Positions 40,491 through 51,930 of a DNA stretch of 64,000 bases are shown piece by piece. A program made the translations under genes and the position numbers. The notes under the pieces are model-generated. The model did no database searches, was not told where the DNA came from, and saw nothing but the letters and a program-made list of their open reading frames with translations. The DNA comes from Heptranchias perlo (Eukaryota). The stretch is taken from positions 25,296,001-25,360,000 of the forward strand of contig NC_090331.1 in NCBI RefSeq assembly GCF_035084215.1. The letters are read 5' to 3'. Positions within the stretch are counted from its first letter, which is position 1. Each line of letters opens with the position of its first letter.

Positions 40491-42111
40491 CATTGGTAGA
40501 GGCTGAGGAACAGGTCATCAGTCCATTATCTGGGCTAAAAATGATGCATGGTGCAAGGGATCACATGAGTTGGGAATATCTTACCTTTAAAAGAAAACAT
40601 GAAAAAAAATCAGATTAGATAACAGATGGCTTAAGCAGTTCTGCTTTTATTTTTGTTTTCAAAACAGAGATAACATGCTGGAGAAATATGGCAAAGCTTG
40701 GACTGTCATTGTTTTCTGGAATAGCAATACTGGTTTGGTAGCTATACAGTTTAGTTTTACAATTCAAATATAAAATACTTTGTAGGTAAGATAGCAAATG
40801 TTGGTGAAACCAATGTACATTTTATTTGTGATTGTTACATGAAGTCGAAGGCCAGCTGAAACAAGTAAGGCATCTTTTGGTCATTCTGGAACATTTATTT
40901 TATTTAAAAGGCCTTTGTTCCCATTTGTCGTTGAATATTAAAATAGGATTGAACCATGCAAGGCCCAATCTAGTAATATTAGAATTAATCAAAAACAAAC
41001 TGTTTCCTGTAGTCAGTTTGACTGCACAGAGCACACTCAGTGCTGAAGAGCCATTGGAAATAGACCTGGAATCTCTTTAATCCTCACTGTGCTCACATTG
41101 CCACATAAACAAACAAAAAAAAAACAACTGGCTGAAAATGGTCCATCTGAACATCTGGTTCCTAAAGAATGCAATATGCTACACAGTTGAGTTACACTTT
41201 TTTTTCCAATTTCCGATGTTATTCTAAACCTGCTTTTTCCAGGAAAAGGCAGATACTGTACAACACAAACAGCATATTTTCTCTTCTGTGCTCCAGCATA
41301 ATGAAATCAGTATTGTCAAATCAACTTGACGATGTCAAAGCTCGTTAAAGCTGTGGGGGTGCATAATGACCACATTTTTATTTTAAAATTACACCGTCAT
41401 CGGAATTTTGTGTCTTGCAAGACATGTTCAAAAATGAATCTAATTCAGAGGTATTGAGGAATCCGCTCACCAAATTTGGCCATTTTTGATTTTGCAACAA
41501 GTGCCTAGATATTACTGAATACATCCAAACCTGATGTGTGTTTTTGTGTGTTTTTTAAAATAAAGTTTGCAGGGGTATTTATTTTATTCTCAGTAGCTGC
41601 AGTAATAACCTAGCCCCAGTATCCTCTTAATAGACGAGAGGATAGGCAGGTGGGCATTGCACATCAAGGTGCCTCCTAGCTGCTGATGTTTACTGGCAGC
41701 TCGGAGGCACGAAGAGAAGCCAATGGATAACCCTCCCTCTCATTTGCTGTTGCCTCTCGGGGAGTTACCTGCCTTTTCATTCAGCCCCTCTCCACAGCAA
41801 AAGTTTGGAAATCAAATCAGTTTATTGCTGCTCTAAAGAGTTGTACTTCTGTGCTACCATCTTATGAGAATTCTGGTCTTGCCACATATAAATTCCTGCT
41901 GGCATTGCCCTTTGAACCATTATGCAGAGCTCATTCAGCTCTTTGTTAATCCATAAACACAATAATAAGTTGGAAATGATGCATGGGAACCAGATATTAG
42001 TGCTAAACTTAGTTCACACCCCATTGCAAGTGGTTTATTGACAAGAACATTAGCATCGGCTGGGAATCAGACCATACTGGCTCACACCCTTAAGTCCACC
42101 AACCATGTGTG

Positions 42112-43199
42112 ATCAGTGTTATCAGTTATCCAGTACTTCCAGTACTTCCCCGGAGCGGAGAAGTTATCCAGTACTTCCCCGGAGCGGAGAAACTACGCCA
42201 TGTTCTCCGCAGCCTTCAACATGTCATCAATGAGGACAAACACCTCGCTATGGCCATCCCCACACCTCCACTACTCGCCTTTAAACAGCCACCCAACCTC
42301 AAACAGACCATCGTTCGCAGCAAACTACCTAGCTTTCAAGAGAACAGCGTCCACGACGCCACACAACCCTGCCACGGTAACCTCTGCAAGACATGCCAGA
42401 TCATCGACACAGATACCACCATCACACGAGATGACACCACCCACCAGGTGCATGGTTCATACTCCTGTGACTCAGCCAACGTTGTCTACCTCATACGTTG
42501 CAGGAAAGGATGCCCCAGAGCATGGTACATTGGCAAGACCATGCAGACGCTGCGACAACGGATGAACGGACACCGCGCAACAATCGCCAAACAGGAGGGT
42601 TCCCTCCCAGTCGGGGAACACTTCAGCAGTCATGGACATTCATCCACCGACCTTCGGGTAAGCGTACTCCAAGGCGGCCTTCGAGACACACGACAACGCA
42701 AAATTGTCGAGCAGAAATTGATAGCCAAGTTCCGCACCCATGAGGACGGCCTCAACCGGGATCTTGGGTTCATGTCACGCTACACGTTACCCCACCAGCG
42801 AACAAATGTTATCTGTTTTTAATATAATGGGTCATTTGCTGGCTCTCTCTGCCTTCCGGATGTTTCTGCCTCTCTCTGTGTTTTTTTTTCTCTGTTTTTT
42901 TTCCCTGTTTGTTTTTTTGTTGAATGTGTATTCGGAGGTTCTGCAGGTAACACCTCTCTGTCTGAACACGGTGATTGCCTTGGCAACGGGCAGTTGCAGG
43001 GGCAGTCTGTAAACACCATGTATTATTGTTCAATATGTATAAATGCGTAGGCTTCAAGGAGATCTTGAAACATTTGCCTGAGGAAGGAGAAAATCTCCGA
43101 AAGCTTGTGAATTTAAAATAAAATTGCTGGACTATAACTTGGTGTTGTAAAATTGTTTACAATTGTCAACCCCAGTCCATCACCGGCATCTCCACATCA
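42112..43199 (+). mobile_element. Penelope-like element subfamily A, single 5'-truncated arm with stuttered 5' junction
   Basis: Near-identical to 29092-30085 plus the tail ...catctccacatca. GIY-YIG frame open to 42822. atcagt is present at both junctions. Confidence 0.95.
43073..43111 (+). ncRNA. Minimal hammerhead-ribozyme-like motif
   Basis: Identical to 29996-30034. Confidence 0.65.
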
Positions 43200-43742
43200 G
43201 TTCAAAGCCAGATTGCTAGGTGGGAAGATGAAGCTTCTCACCTCAGTGAGAGGAAACAGTCAGAATTTTGTCTAACATAAAGCAAACTGTCTGGCACGAG
43301 ACAAACCTCCCACCGGCTGAATGTGACAGGCTGCTAAAGTGAAAAGGCAACTTGGCGAGGGCGAAAAGCAAAATAGTACATCAAAAATCCAATTTCAAAG
43401 GTAATGTATAACAACTTTTCTGTTTGTGAGGCTACTTTCATTACTCAAGAATAAGGCTATGTGCCCATAATTAAAAGAAAACATCAGAAAATGTCTCATA
43501 AAAGTTGTATTTTTAAGTCTGGGGGAGAAATACACTAATTATACCTAATTTTAATAACAAAAATAAGTAAATTAGGTAAATACAGGGGTATGGTCCCATA
43601 GGTGCTGGCTACCCTCTGGTACTTCATCAAGTGACTAATTCTTCATGTGTAACCTTAGGCAGTGTGTGTTGATGGGCTATTCAACCATTTGGGGTATAAT
43701 AGACAATCTTGATCTTATCATTAGCTGATGTCAACATACAGG

Positions 43743-44251
43743 GGCCTAGAAATTTAGGCGCACCCATATTGCACCCCTGCTATTGGGCCTTGGGCCTCAT
43801 TTTTATGAAGCAGATGCTCTGCAGAGAGAAAGAGGCTACTCGCCCAGTGAAGCGTGTTTGAAGATTGGGCTGCTGTGAAGCTAGGAGTGGCCCACAGGTA
43901 AGTGAGGAGGGGGAGATAACCAGGTCACGAGGTAGCGGTGGCCAGGGGGAGCAAATCGGTAGCTGGTGCAGTGGCACTCATTTTTTTTACTGTGGGGGTG
44001 GGGGGGAGCACTCTGGCTCTACATTCAGGTAAGTATATTTTAAAAACGTACTTTGTTGGTTAAGGTCTAACAGGCAATCCCTTTAAGGCGTTGGCTGCCT
44101 CAGGACAAACCAATCTTGCAGTGGGGTCTCAAACAGGCATTAGGCCTCTATATGCACTTCATGCTGATTTTTTGGCCTTTACCACACTTGCGGCTTTCTA
44201 CCCGTCATATTAGGGGCTTAGGAGGCCACTTAATCCCAAAATTTCTAGGCC
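43743..44251. mobile_element. MITE inserted in an old SINE-like sequence
   Basis: 13-bp TIR ggcctagaaattt / aaatttctaggcc. Confidence 0.7.
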
Positions 44252-45324
44252 AATGCACTTTCCAGCAAGGACTATGGGTTAGTGAAGTAGGAACCTTTGT
44301 TAAGTTGCTCTCCTCCCTCAAGTACTGAAGCCAGTTATAATATTCTGAATGAGATCCTATAGCTCAACAAATACTAGGGATTAAACTTGGTCAAAGGTTT
44401 AGGGAGGGGTGTAGAGAGAAAATTCCAGAGCGTTAGCGTTAACCTAAGTGGTTGAGGGCGCAGCTGCCAGTTATAAGGACAAAGGAAAAAGGGAAAGTTC
44501 AGATAGTTAGAGCACTGGAGGATGTTACAGAGAAAGGGAGGGGTGAGGCTATGGAGAAATGTTAAATTCGAGGTGTTGGGGTACCAGGAGCCAATGTAGA
44601 TTAGCAAGGACAGGAATGATGGCCGAATGGGACATGGTGCAGGATAGGATAGGGGCAGCAGAGTTTTGGATGAGTTGTAAGGGTTTATAACCTAAGAGCA
44701 ACCCCATGAGCAGCTCTTTTACATATTACATTCCATGAAAAATCTAAAAGGCCAGTTTGCTGGGAGGCTAGTATGTTTCTAATAAGAAAAATTCCATTTT
44801 TAGCTAATGCTTAGCCCAGTACTAATGGTGAGAAATTTGTGGAAGAAGAAATAAAATAACTTGATATTTTTGAATTCAAAGAACACCCAGCAAAGTCTTG
44901 CCAATAGAATTGGTATGAGATATTCCCTGGACTGTTCCTTTAAAAAAGTATAATTAAAAAAATCTTGCCCTTCAAAAAACAGATTTAATATCTTTTAATT
45001 ACTAAGATGTAGCAAATTAAAGTTTGTTATTGCTTTTAGTCATTGTTTGGTCAATTAACCATGCCACTGTGAATTTGACTGCAGTATGGCTGACCAACAG
45101 ATACAAAAAACTTTACTGGACTTTAACGATTCCATGAAAATAGAGGCTTTTTTTTCCCAAGTTGTATTTTTTTGGGAAAGTAATTTAAAATTATATAAAG
45201 TAACTATAAATTAGTGATGATAAAATGGAGTAACAATAATCTAGCCTCAGGCAAACATCACCTAGATAGGATGAGACAAATGAAAACACAGTGAGGGAGA
45301 ATACAAAAAGTAAACAAAGACAAG

Positions 45325-46327
45325 GGGGTAAATTTTAACAGGGAGCCTGGCAGAGGGCCGGGGGGGGGGGGGGGGGTGTTCCTGACAGGAAACCCCAAAT
45401 TACGGGTTTCCCGGACGTCCTTACGATTTTGACATAAGGATGTCTTTAATTTTTTTTCTGTAGGTTTCCCGCCCAACAGGCCAACCAGATTGACAGGCCG
45501 GCTGTCAGTCGGATGGGAGAGGAGCCAGGGAGCAGTCGGCAGCAGGTAAGTCTTAGATTGGGGGGGGGGGAGGATCATCGGGGGAGTCGGGGGTCATCGG
45601 GGGGTAGTCCGTCAACGGGGGGGGGGGTCGATCTTGGGGGTCGGGGTCGGGGGTCACGGAAGGGGCTGGGGGTCGTTGGGGGGCAGTCATCGGGGTGTCG
45701 GTCTTCGGGTGGGGTCAGTCATTGGGGGTTCCGGGTCGGGGGTCATTGGGAGTGGGTTCGGTCACCGGGGGGAGTTATCAGGCCTGGTGGTCATTGGTGG
45801 GAGGGGGTCATCAGGGGCTCAGTCATGGGGGCTGACATCGGCGGGGGGTTGGACTTCGTGGGGCTGGATCGAAGATCGTGGGGTGGTCAGAGATTGTGAG
45901 GGGTGTCAGACAAGGGGAGGGGGGTTTGCCAATCGCATGTGTGGGATCGCGGAAGGTGGGCTTGTTGGGCCTGGAGGAAACACTCCTGCTCCTCCTGGCC
46001 CACAAGCAGTGCAATAAAGGCACATACCTGCTGAGCCGGGCCTTCTCACCCCCTCTTGTGTGACGTGAAGTAGAAGGCCCGGGAATCCCGGCCCCCAGGA
46101 ATTAAAAATAAAAAACCTATTAAAATGGAGTCCCGAGGCTTCCTTAAAAGATTTTACTGACCAACCCGGCTCCTGAGAGCGGGTTGGTCGCCCGCCCCTC
46201 AACCCATCTCCGTTAAAACCGGAAGTGGGCGGGTTGGAGGTGAGTTGGGATCGGGTTTTACTTTTTTACGAGTTTTAGCTGTCCATCCGCCCCCAACCCA
46301 CTCGTTCATGGGGTTAAAATTTACCCC
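45325..46327. mobile_element. PIF/Harbinger-type MITE in the inferred ARHGAP15 3'UTR
   Basis: Perfect 15-bp TIR ggggtaaattttaac and 3-bp TSD AAG (45322-45324, 46328-46330). Confidence 0.9.
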
Positions 46328-46413
46328 AAGCAGCAGGACCACGGTCTTATCCAAATATTCACAAAACGCAAGTCATCTGAGTATGCCACTATCCTACTGA
46401 AGGAGAGGCATCC

Positions 46414-46597
46414 TCACTTCCCCTCAGGGTCGAAGATTTCAGTGTGCTCTGAGAGTATCAGATCGACTATCTGGTTCTGGTACATCATGTATACTGCTAT
46501 GTTTGTGGTCTCCTGTTCAGGCCACAGAAGAGTTGGTCCAAATACGATGCCTAAACTCTGCGATGACATTAGATTCACCGATGCTTTGGTTATAATC
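46414..46597 (-). CDS. ARHGAP15: Rho GTPase-activating protein 15, terminal coding exon (RhoGAP domain C-terminus)
   Basis: IITKASVNLMSSQSLGIVFGPTLLWPEQETTNIAVYMMYQNQIVDLILSEHTEIFDPEGK*. As recalled, this fits ARHGAP15 better than ARHGAP12/27/9. Polypyrimidine tract plus CAG acceptor at 46600-46598, TGA at 46416-46414. Confidence 0.88.
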
Positions 46598-48039
46598 CTG
46601 GAAATAAAAAAGACAAAGGGAAAAAAAAACAAAATGATTAAACTACAGATTGTATCCAGTAGTCTGTTTTAGTCAGCAACATGAATAAACTATATTCCAG
46701 TATTTGGGTGAAGCCTGTGCCCATAAAGGTGAAAGATTTCAATGCTGGGGGATAGACCACTTTCAATCTTTCTGAAACTTGTATCAGCCTAGTTCAAGTA
46801 CAGAATGATCAAAATCCAGAATAAGTCTCTATACACTCTCAACAATGCTCTTCAAGCTCAATCTAGGAAGAGCTCCCCTTCAGTTTACTGAAGGAAGAAA
46901 GCGATTTTAAGCTGAATTTTATTTTAAAGAAAGTTGGTACCTTACTCAGTTGTTGCCACCAGGTTTGAACTAATAAAGGCTATGTACTTACAATGCATGT
47001 TAGAGATATGGGCCATAAATTTTAGCACAGCGGCAAAAAAATCTGTGGGTGGGTGGATTTGCACGTGGGGAACCCGGAAGCAAAGTGAGCACGTTTAAAT
47101 CTGCGATCGTATCTCGATTGCAGTCAATTACCTTTGCTTCCAGGTTTCGGGTATCCAAGCTGCCCAGCGGGCCGACTGTGCATCCGAATGATTCGATTTA
47201 AAGCGCACTATTTAAAGGGCCAGTCCAAGAATGGATTTTGAAGGAGAAAAGAGAAATGGAGTCCAGGAGAGTAAAGACAGCGCCAAGATTTACTGATGTC
47301 TCCCTAGATGTACAACTAGCTGTAGAGAGAGTCAGGAAGGAGGTAATTTATCCCAGTGATGGGAGGAAGAAACCCAGTTCTGTCACCAAGAAGGCGTGGC
47401 TGGAGGTGGCAGAAGAGGTGAGCAGCAGGAGCATAGTGCCCAGGTCTTGCCTGCAGTACAGGAAGCGGTTTAATGACCTAACCAGGTTAGGAAAAGTGAG
47501 TACACTTGCTGATTCACCCACATCCTGTGAAATGCAACGCCCCCCTCTCACTCTGTCTTGGCAAGCCTACTCCATCACATCACTCCTTACACCCACTTAA
47601 GTTTCAGCATCAACTAACCTTCTCTTTCTGTGCACTTCCTCACCTCCCCATTTGTGCACCCACCACTCCCACTCACTCCAATCCTGATGCAATGTGATGC
47701 TTTTGTCTGATAGTCACCCTCTGATGTATCGGTTTCATTGTCAGCCTCACCCAAAACAATGCATCCATCGGGTGAATACGTCACCTTCAGTCACTTACAG
47801 GTCTGTTCTTTCTCTCCTTGTAGGAGAAAAGAGTGCAAAAAGCAAGGAAGAGGAGCAGAACTGGAGGTGAACCACCACAAATAGTCCAGCTGACAGATGC
47901 AGAGGAGGCGGCCATGGAGATCAGTCGTACCGTTGCATGCCTATCCGTTGGAGATGGAGAGACTGGTAACCCGCAGATGGCTGGTGACAGAACTTTAACA
48001 TCTTTCACACACATGATGATTTGATTTTATAGTATTTCA

Positions 48040-49110
48040 GGTATTTAAAAAGGAAAAGAGTAAATAAAGTGAGTGTTGGTCCTCTAGACAATGAGTCTGG
48101 GGAATTAATAATGGAGAACAAGGAAAAAGCGGACAGGAAATGGCGGATGAATTGAACAGATATTTTGTGTCCGTCTTCACTGTAGAGGATGCAAATAACA
48201 TGCCAGAAATAATTGTGAATCAAGAGGTGAAAGGGAGGGAGGAACTTAAAACATTTACAATAGTCTGAAAAAAAGGTTTCTGAAAAAATTATTAGAACTA
48301 AAACCTGACAAGTCCCCAGGTCCTGACGGACTTCATCCCAGGGTCTTAAAATAAGTGGCTGCAGAGATAGTAGGTGCATTGGTATTAATTTTCCAAAATT
48401 CTCTAGATTCCGGAAGGGTCCCATCAGATTGGAAAATAGCGAATGTAACTCCTCTATTCAAGAAAGGAGGGAAACAGAAAGCAAGAAACTACAAGCCAGT
48501 TAGCTTAACATCTGTCATAGGGAAAATGCTAGAATCTATTACTAAGGAGGTTATAGCAGGGCACTTAGAAAATCTCAATGCAATCAGGCTTTGTGAAAGG
48601 GAAATCGTGTTTGACTATTTTATTAGAGTTCTTTGAGAAAGTAACAAGCAACATGGATAAAGGGGATCCTGTGGGTGTGGTGTACTTGGATTTCCAGAAG
48701 GCTTTTGACAAGGTGCCACATCAAAGGCTACTACACAAAATAAGAGCTCATGGTGTAGGGGGCAACATATTAGCATGGATAAAGGATTGGTTAGCTAACA
48801 GGAAACAGAGAGTAGGCATAAATGGGTCATTTTCAAGTTGGCAAGATGTAATGAGTGGAGTGCTACAGGGAACAGTGCTGGGGCCTCAACTATTTACAAT
48901 CTATATCAATGACTTGGATGAAGAGACTGAATGTATGGTTGCTAAAATAGATTCCTGATTAACAAAAAAGTCAAAGGTTATAGTAGGTAGACGGGAAAGT
49001 AGGGTTGAGGTCACCATCAGATCAGCCATGATCTTATCAAATGGCAGAGCAGGCTCGAGGGGCCGAATGGCCTGCTCCTGCTCTTAATTCGTATGTTCCT
49101 ATGTTCGTAT
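48040..49110 (+). mobile_element. CR1 fragment (RT region joined directly to a 3' end)
   Basis: WKIANVTPLFKKG, YLDFQKAFDKVPH and [18 protein letters not shown], then an abrupt jump at ~48949 to a CR1 3'UTR with tatgttc tail. Confidence 0.92.
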
Positions 49111-49111
49111 G

Positions 49112-49944
49112 AATTGTTCTCCAACTAAATATTGGGAAGACCGCCACAACCTCCGTTCCCTTGCCACTGATTCCATCTCTCTCCTTGGCCACTGTCTGAG
49201 GCTGAACCAGACTGTTCGCAACTTTGGCATCCTATTTGACCTTGAGCTGAGCTTCCGACCACATATCTACTCCATAACCAAGACCGCCTACTTCCACCTC
49301 TGTAACATCACCCGTCTCCTCCCCTGCCTCAGCTCATCTACTGCTGAAACCCTCATCTATGCCTTTGTTACCTCTAGACTCGACTATTCCAATGCTCTCT
49401 TGGCTGGCCTCCCATCTTCCACCCTCTATAAACTTGAGCTCATCAAAAACCCTGCTGCCCGTATCCTAACTCACACCATGTCCCATTCTTCCAACACCCC
49501 TGTGCTCGCTGACTTATATTGGCACCCGGTCTGGGAATGCCTCGATTTTAAGATTCTCATCCTTGTTTTTAAATCTCTCCATGGTCTCGCCTTCCCTAGC
49601 TCTGTAACCTCCTACAGCCCTGCAACCCTCGTAGGTCTCTGTGCTCACCCAGTTCTTGCCTCTTGTGCATCGCTGACTTTAATCATTCCACCATTGGCGG
49701 CTGTGCCTTCAGCTGCCTCGGCCCTAAGCTCAGGAATTTCCACCCTTAACCTCTCTACCGCTGTCTCCTTTAAGACACTCCTTCAAACCTACCTCTTTGA
49801 TCAAGCTTTTAGTCACCTGTCTCCTTATCTCCTTATGTGGCTCAGTGTCAAATTTTGTTTGATAACGCTCCTGTGAAGCGCCTTGGGACGTTTTACTACG
49901 TTAAAGACGATATATAAATGCAAGTTGTTGTTGTTGTTGTTGTT
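49112..49944 (+). mobile_element. L2 LINE 3' fragment
   Basis: KTAYFHLCNI...AETLIYAFVTSRLDYSNALLAGLP is the L2 ORF2 motif. Tail tatataaatgcaa(gtt)n. Confidence 0.9.
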
Positions 49945-51399
49945 CCGTGCCTCAGTATGGTCAGCGGAAAGATTGTCACTTTTCCGATGAATAATTAATA
50001 TCGGCTTCTGTTGTCTTCCAGGGCCTTCACGCCTTCAAGAGGAAAGAGCCGCGATGGAAGAAAGCAATTCCGGAGGATTTCATTCCTTCTGAGGGTTCAC
50101 CGTCACATGACATACAGCTATGCACCAGTGCAGATACTGGTACTTCGGTGGATCATGTTGGATAGTTGGTTGGATTGTCATCCGGTGATTTACCACTCAC
50201 AAGTGAGCACGAGCAGACACTGGTGGCAGGGGCAGCTGTGGGGAGTCTGCGTCGGGGGGCACACTCCTCTCTAAGCTCTGCTCAGCTGGACATAGATGCT
50301 GAACCCTGGGGGCCATCGTTGAGAATGAAAATGATAGAGGTACAACCACACCTTTGCGAGGTGCTGGAAAATGTGCCCCACACACTTCACAATAGTGGAC
50401 AAGGTGGAGGAGTCCAACTCCATTGTTAGTGGACTGGTGGCGCAGGTAAGTGCGGGAATGTCTGCGATGGAGAGAATGATAGCCTCCATTGATTCAAGCA
50501 CGGCTCTCTAATGAGTTCATGCAGGCCAGGACAACGGCCAGGCGGACGCTGGATGCCAACATGTCTGCCGCCTTAAACAGGCAGACAGATACCTTATCCG
50601 TGGCCTTAGAACGGGGCACATCTGGTCACCAACCTGCTGGCCAACAAAGTGGCGGGAGTGATGTTGCGCTGGCTCGAGAGAGAGATGATGGCAAAAGGGG
50701 ACATGGAAGTGGGGACACCACTCAAAAGCGTTCCCACGTCTCACCCTCTGCGGCCCCCCCACCCCCCAGCCAGTACCCGAAATGCTGCCTCCTCTCCCGA
50801 TGGCTGAGTCTGCCCCTGCAGGTGCAGGTGGAGCAGTCTTTGTTGCTCCAAAACCCAGAGGTCGTAAACCAAGAGCATTTCAGCAGTCAGAGGTGAGAGT
50901 GCTACCAAGTGAGCCAAGCTGACACTCTAAAGTGCTATAAAGTACTGCATGTCTCTAGCATGTATTGTAATTACTCTGCATTTATAAATTCACATCTGGC
51001 GCCAACAACCGATAATGGCACAAACTCTCTTAAAATAAAATTCAGCTTAAGAAAATTGCTTTCTTCCTGTAGCAAACTGAAGTGACCTTAAAGGAGACTT
51101 AACACCTCAGTAGGGAGTGTTCATGCAGGCTCCGTTCCTGCAACATGCTGCTGTGAGAAAGTAACCAGTATATTGGCTACTTTGATGTATTTACGCTTCA
51201 GCTGATGCTATATCTACTGTATTGCAAATTTTGTGACTGCATTTTTAAGTTTTTTGTTAAATTAAAAATAAATAAATGCAATTAATTTGTAAAAAGACAA
51301 TTTTCCAGACAATATAATAAAAGTAAAAGTTGAAAAAAAGGCAAATGGATCATCAAACCAATGGCTCTTTAAAGCATCATGCTGGAGGCTGCATAGCAA

Positions 51400-51490
51400 T
51401 ATCTTCTGCACATCCCATCCTATTCAGAGCACTTATTTTAAGTTATCTTCTGCACATCCCATCCTATTCACAGCACACTTACTTTAAGTT
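51400..51490. repeat. Tandem duplication of a ~44-bp unit
   Basis: tatcttctgcacatcccatcctattca...ttaagt occurs twice. Confidence 0.85.
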
Positions 51491-51567
51491 AATTTTAGTC
51501 AAAGAATCTGACAGCAGCATTCTTGCTATAATCTGACACAATTTTTACTCCTATATTTGTGGCATTT

Positions 51568-51930
51568 TCATAGAATCACAGAAAGTTACGGCACAGAGGA
51601 GGCCATTCGGTTCATCGTGTCCATACCGGCTGCAAAAGAGCTATCCAGCTTAATCCCACTTTCCAGCACTTGATTCGTAGCCCTGTAGGTTACGGCACTT
51701 CAAGTGCTTGTCCAAGTACTTTTTAAATTAGTTGAAGCTTTTTGCCTCTGCCACCCTTTCAGGCAGTGAGTTCCAGACCCCCACCACCCTCTGGGTGAAA
51801 AAAATTCTCCTCAGCTCCCCTCTAATCTTTCTACCAATTACTTTAAATCTATGCCCCCTGGTCACTGACCCCTCTGCTAAGGGAAATAGGCCCTCCTTAT
51901 CCACTCTATCTGCCCCGTCATAATTTTATA
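51568..51930 (-). mobile_element. CR1 3' fragment
   Basis: catagaatcacagaaag tail, and reverse of FFTQRVVGVWNSLP. Confidence 0.85.

Larger units (their letters stand above)
47010..50890 (+). mobile_element. Harbinger remnant with three-exon Myb/SANT-like gene (47256-47495, 47824-47983, 50022-~50890)
   Basis: APRFTDVSLDV...WLEVAEEVS...YRKRFNDLTRLGK|gtgag, then tag|EKRVQKARKRSRTGG...QMAG|gt. Exon 3 is frameshifted. Element ends approximate. Confidence 0.8.

Noticed and set aside
46598-46632. ORF N-terminus MFFFPFVFFIS
   Set aside because: This is the intronic polypyrimidine tract and acceptor, not coding sequence.
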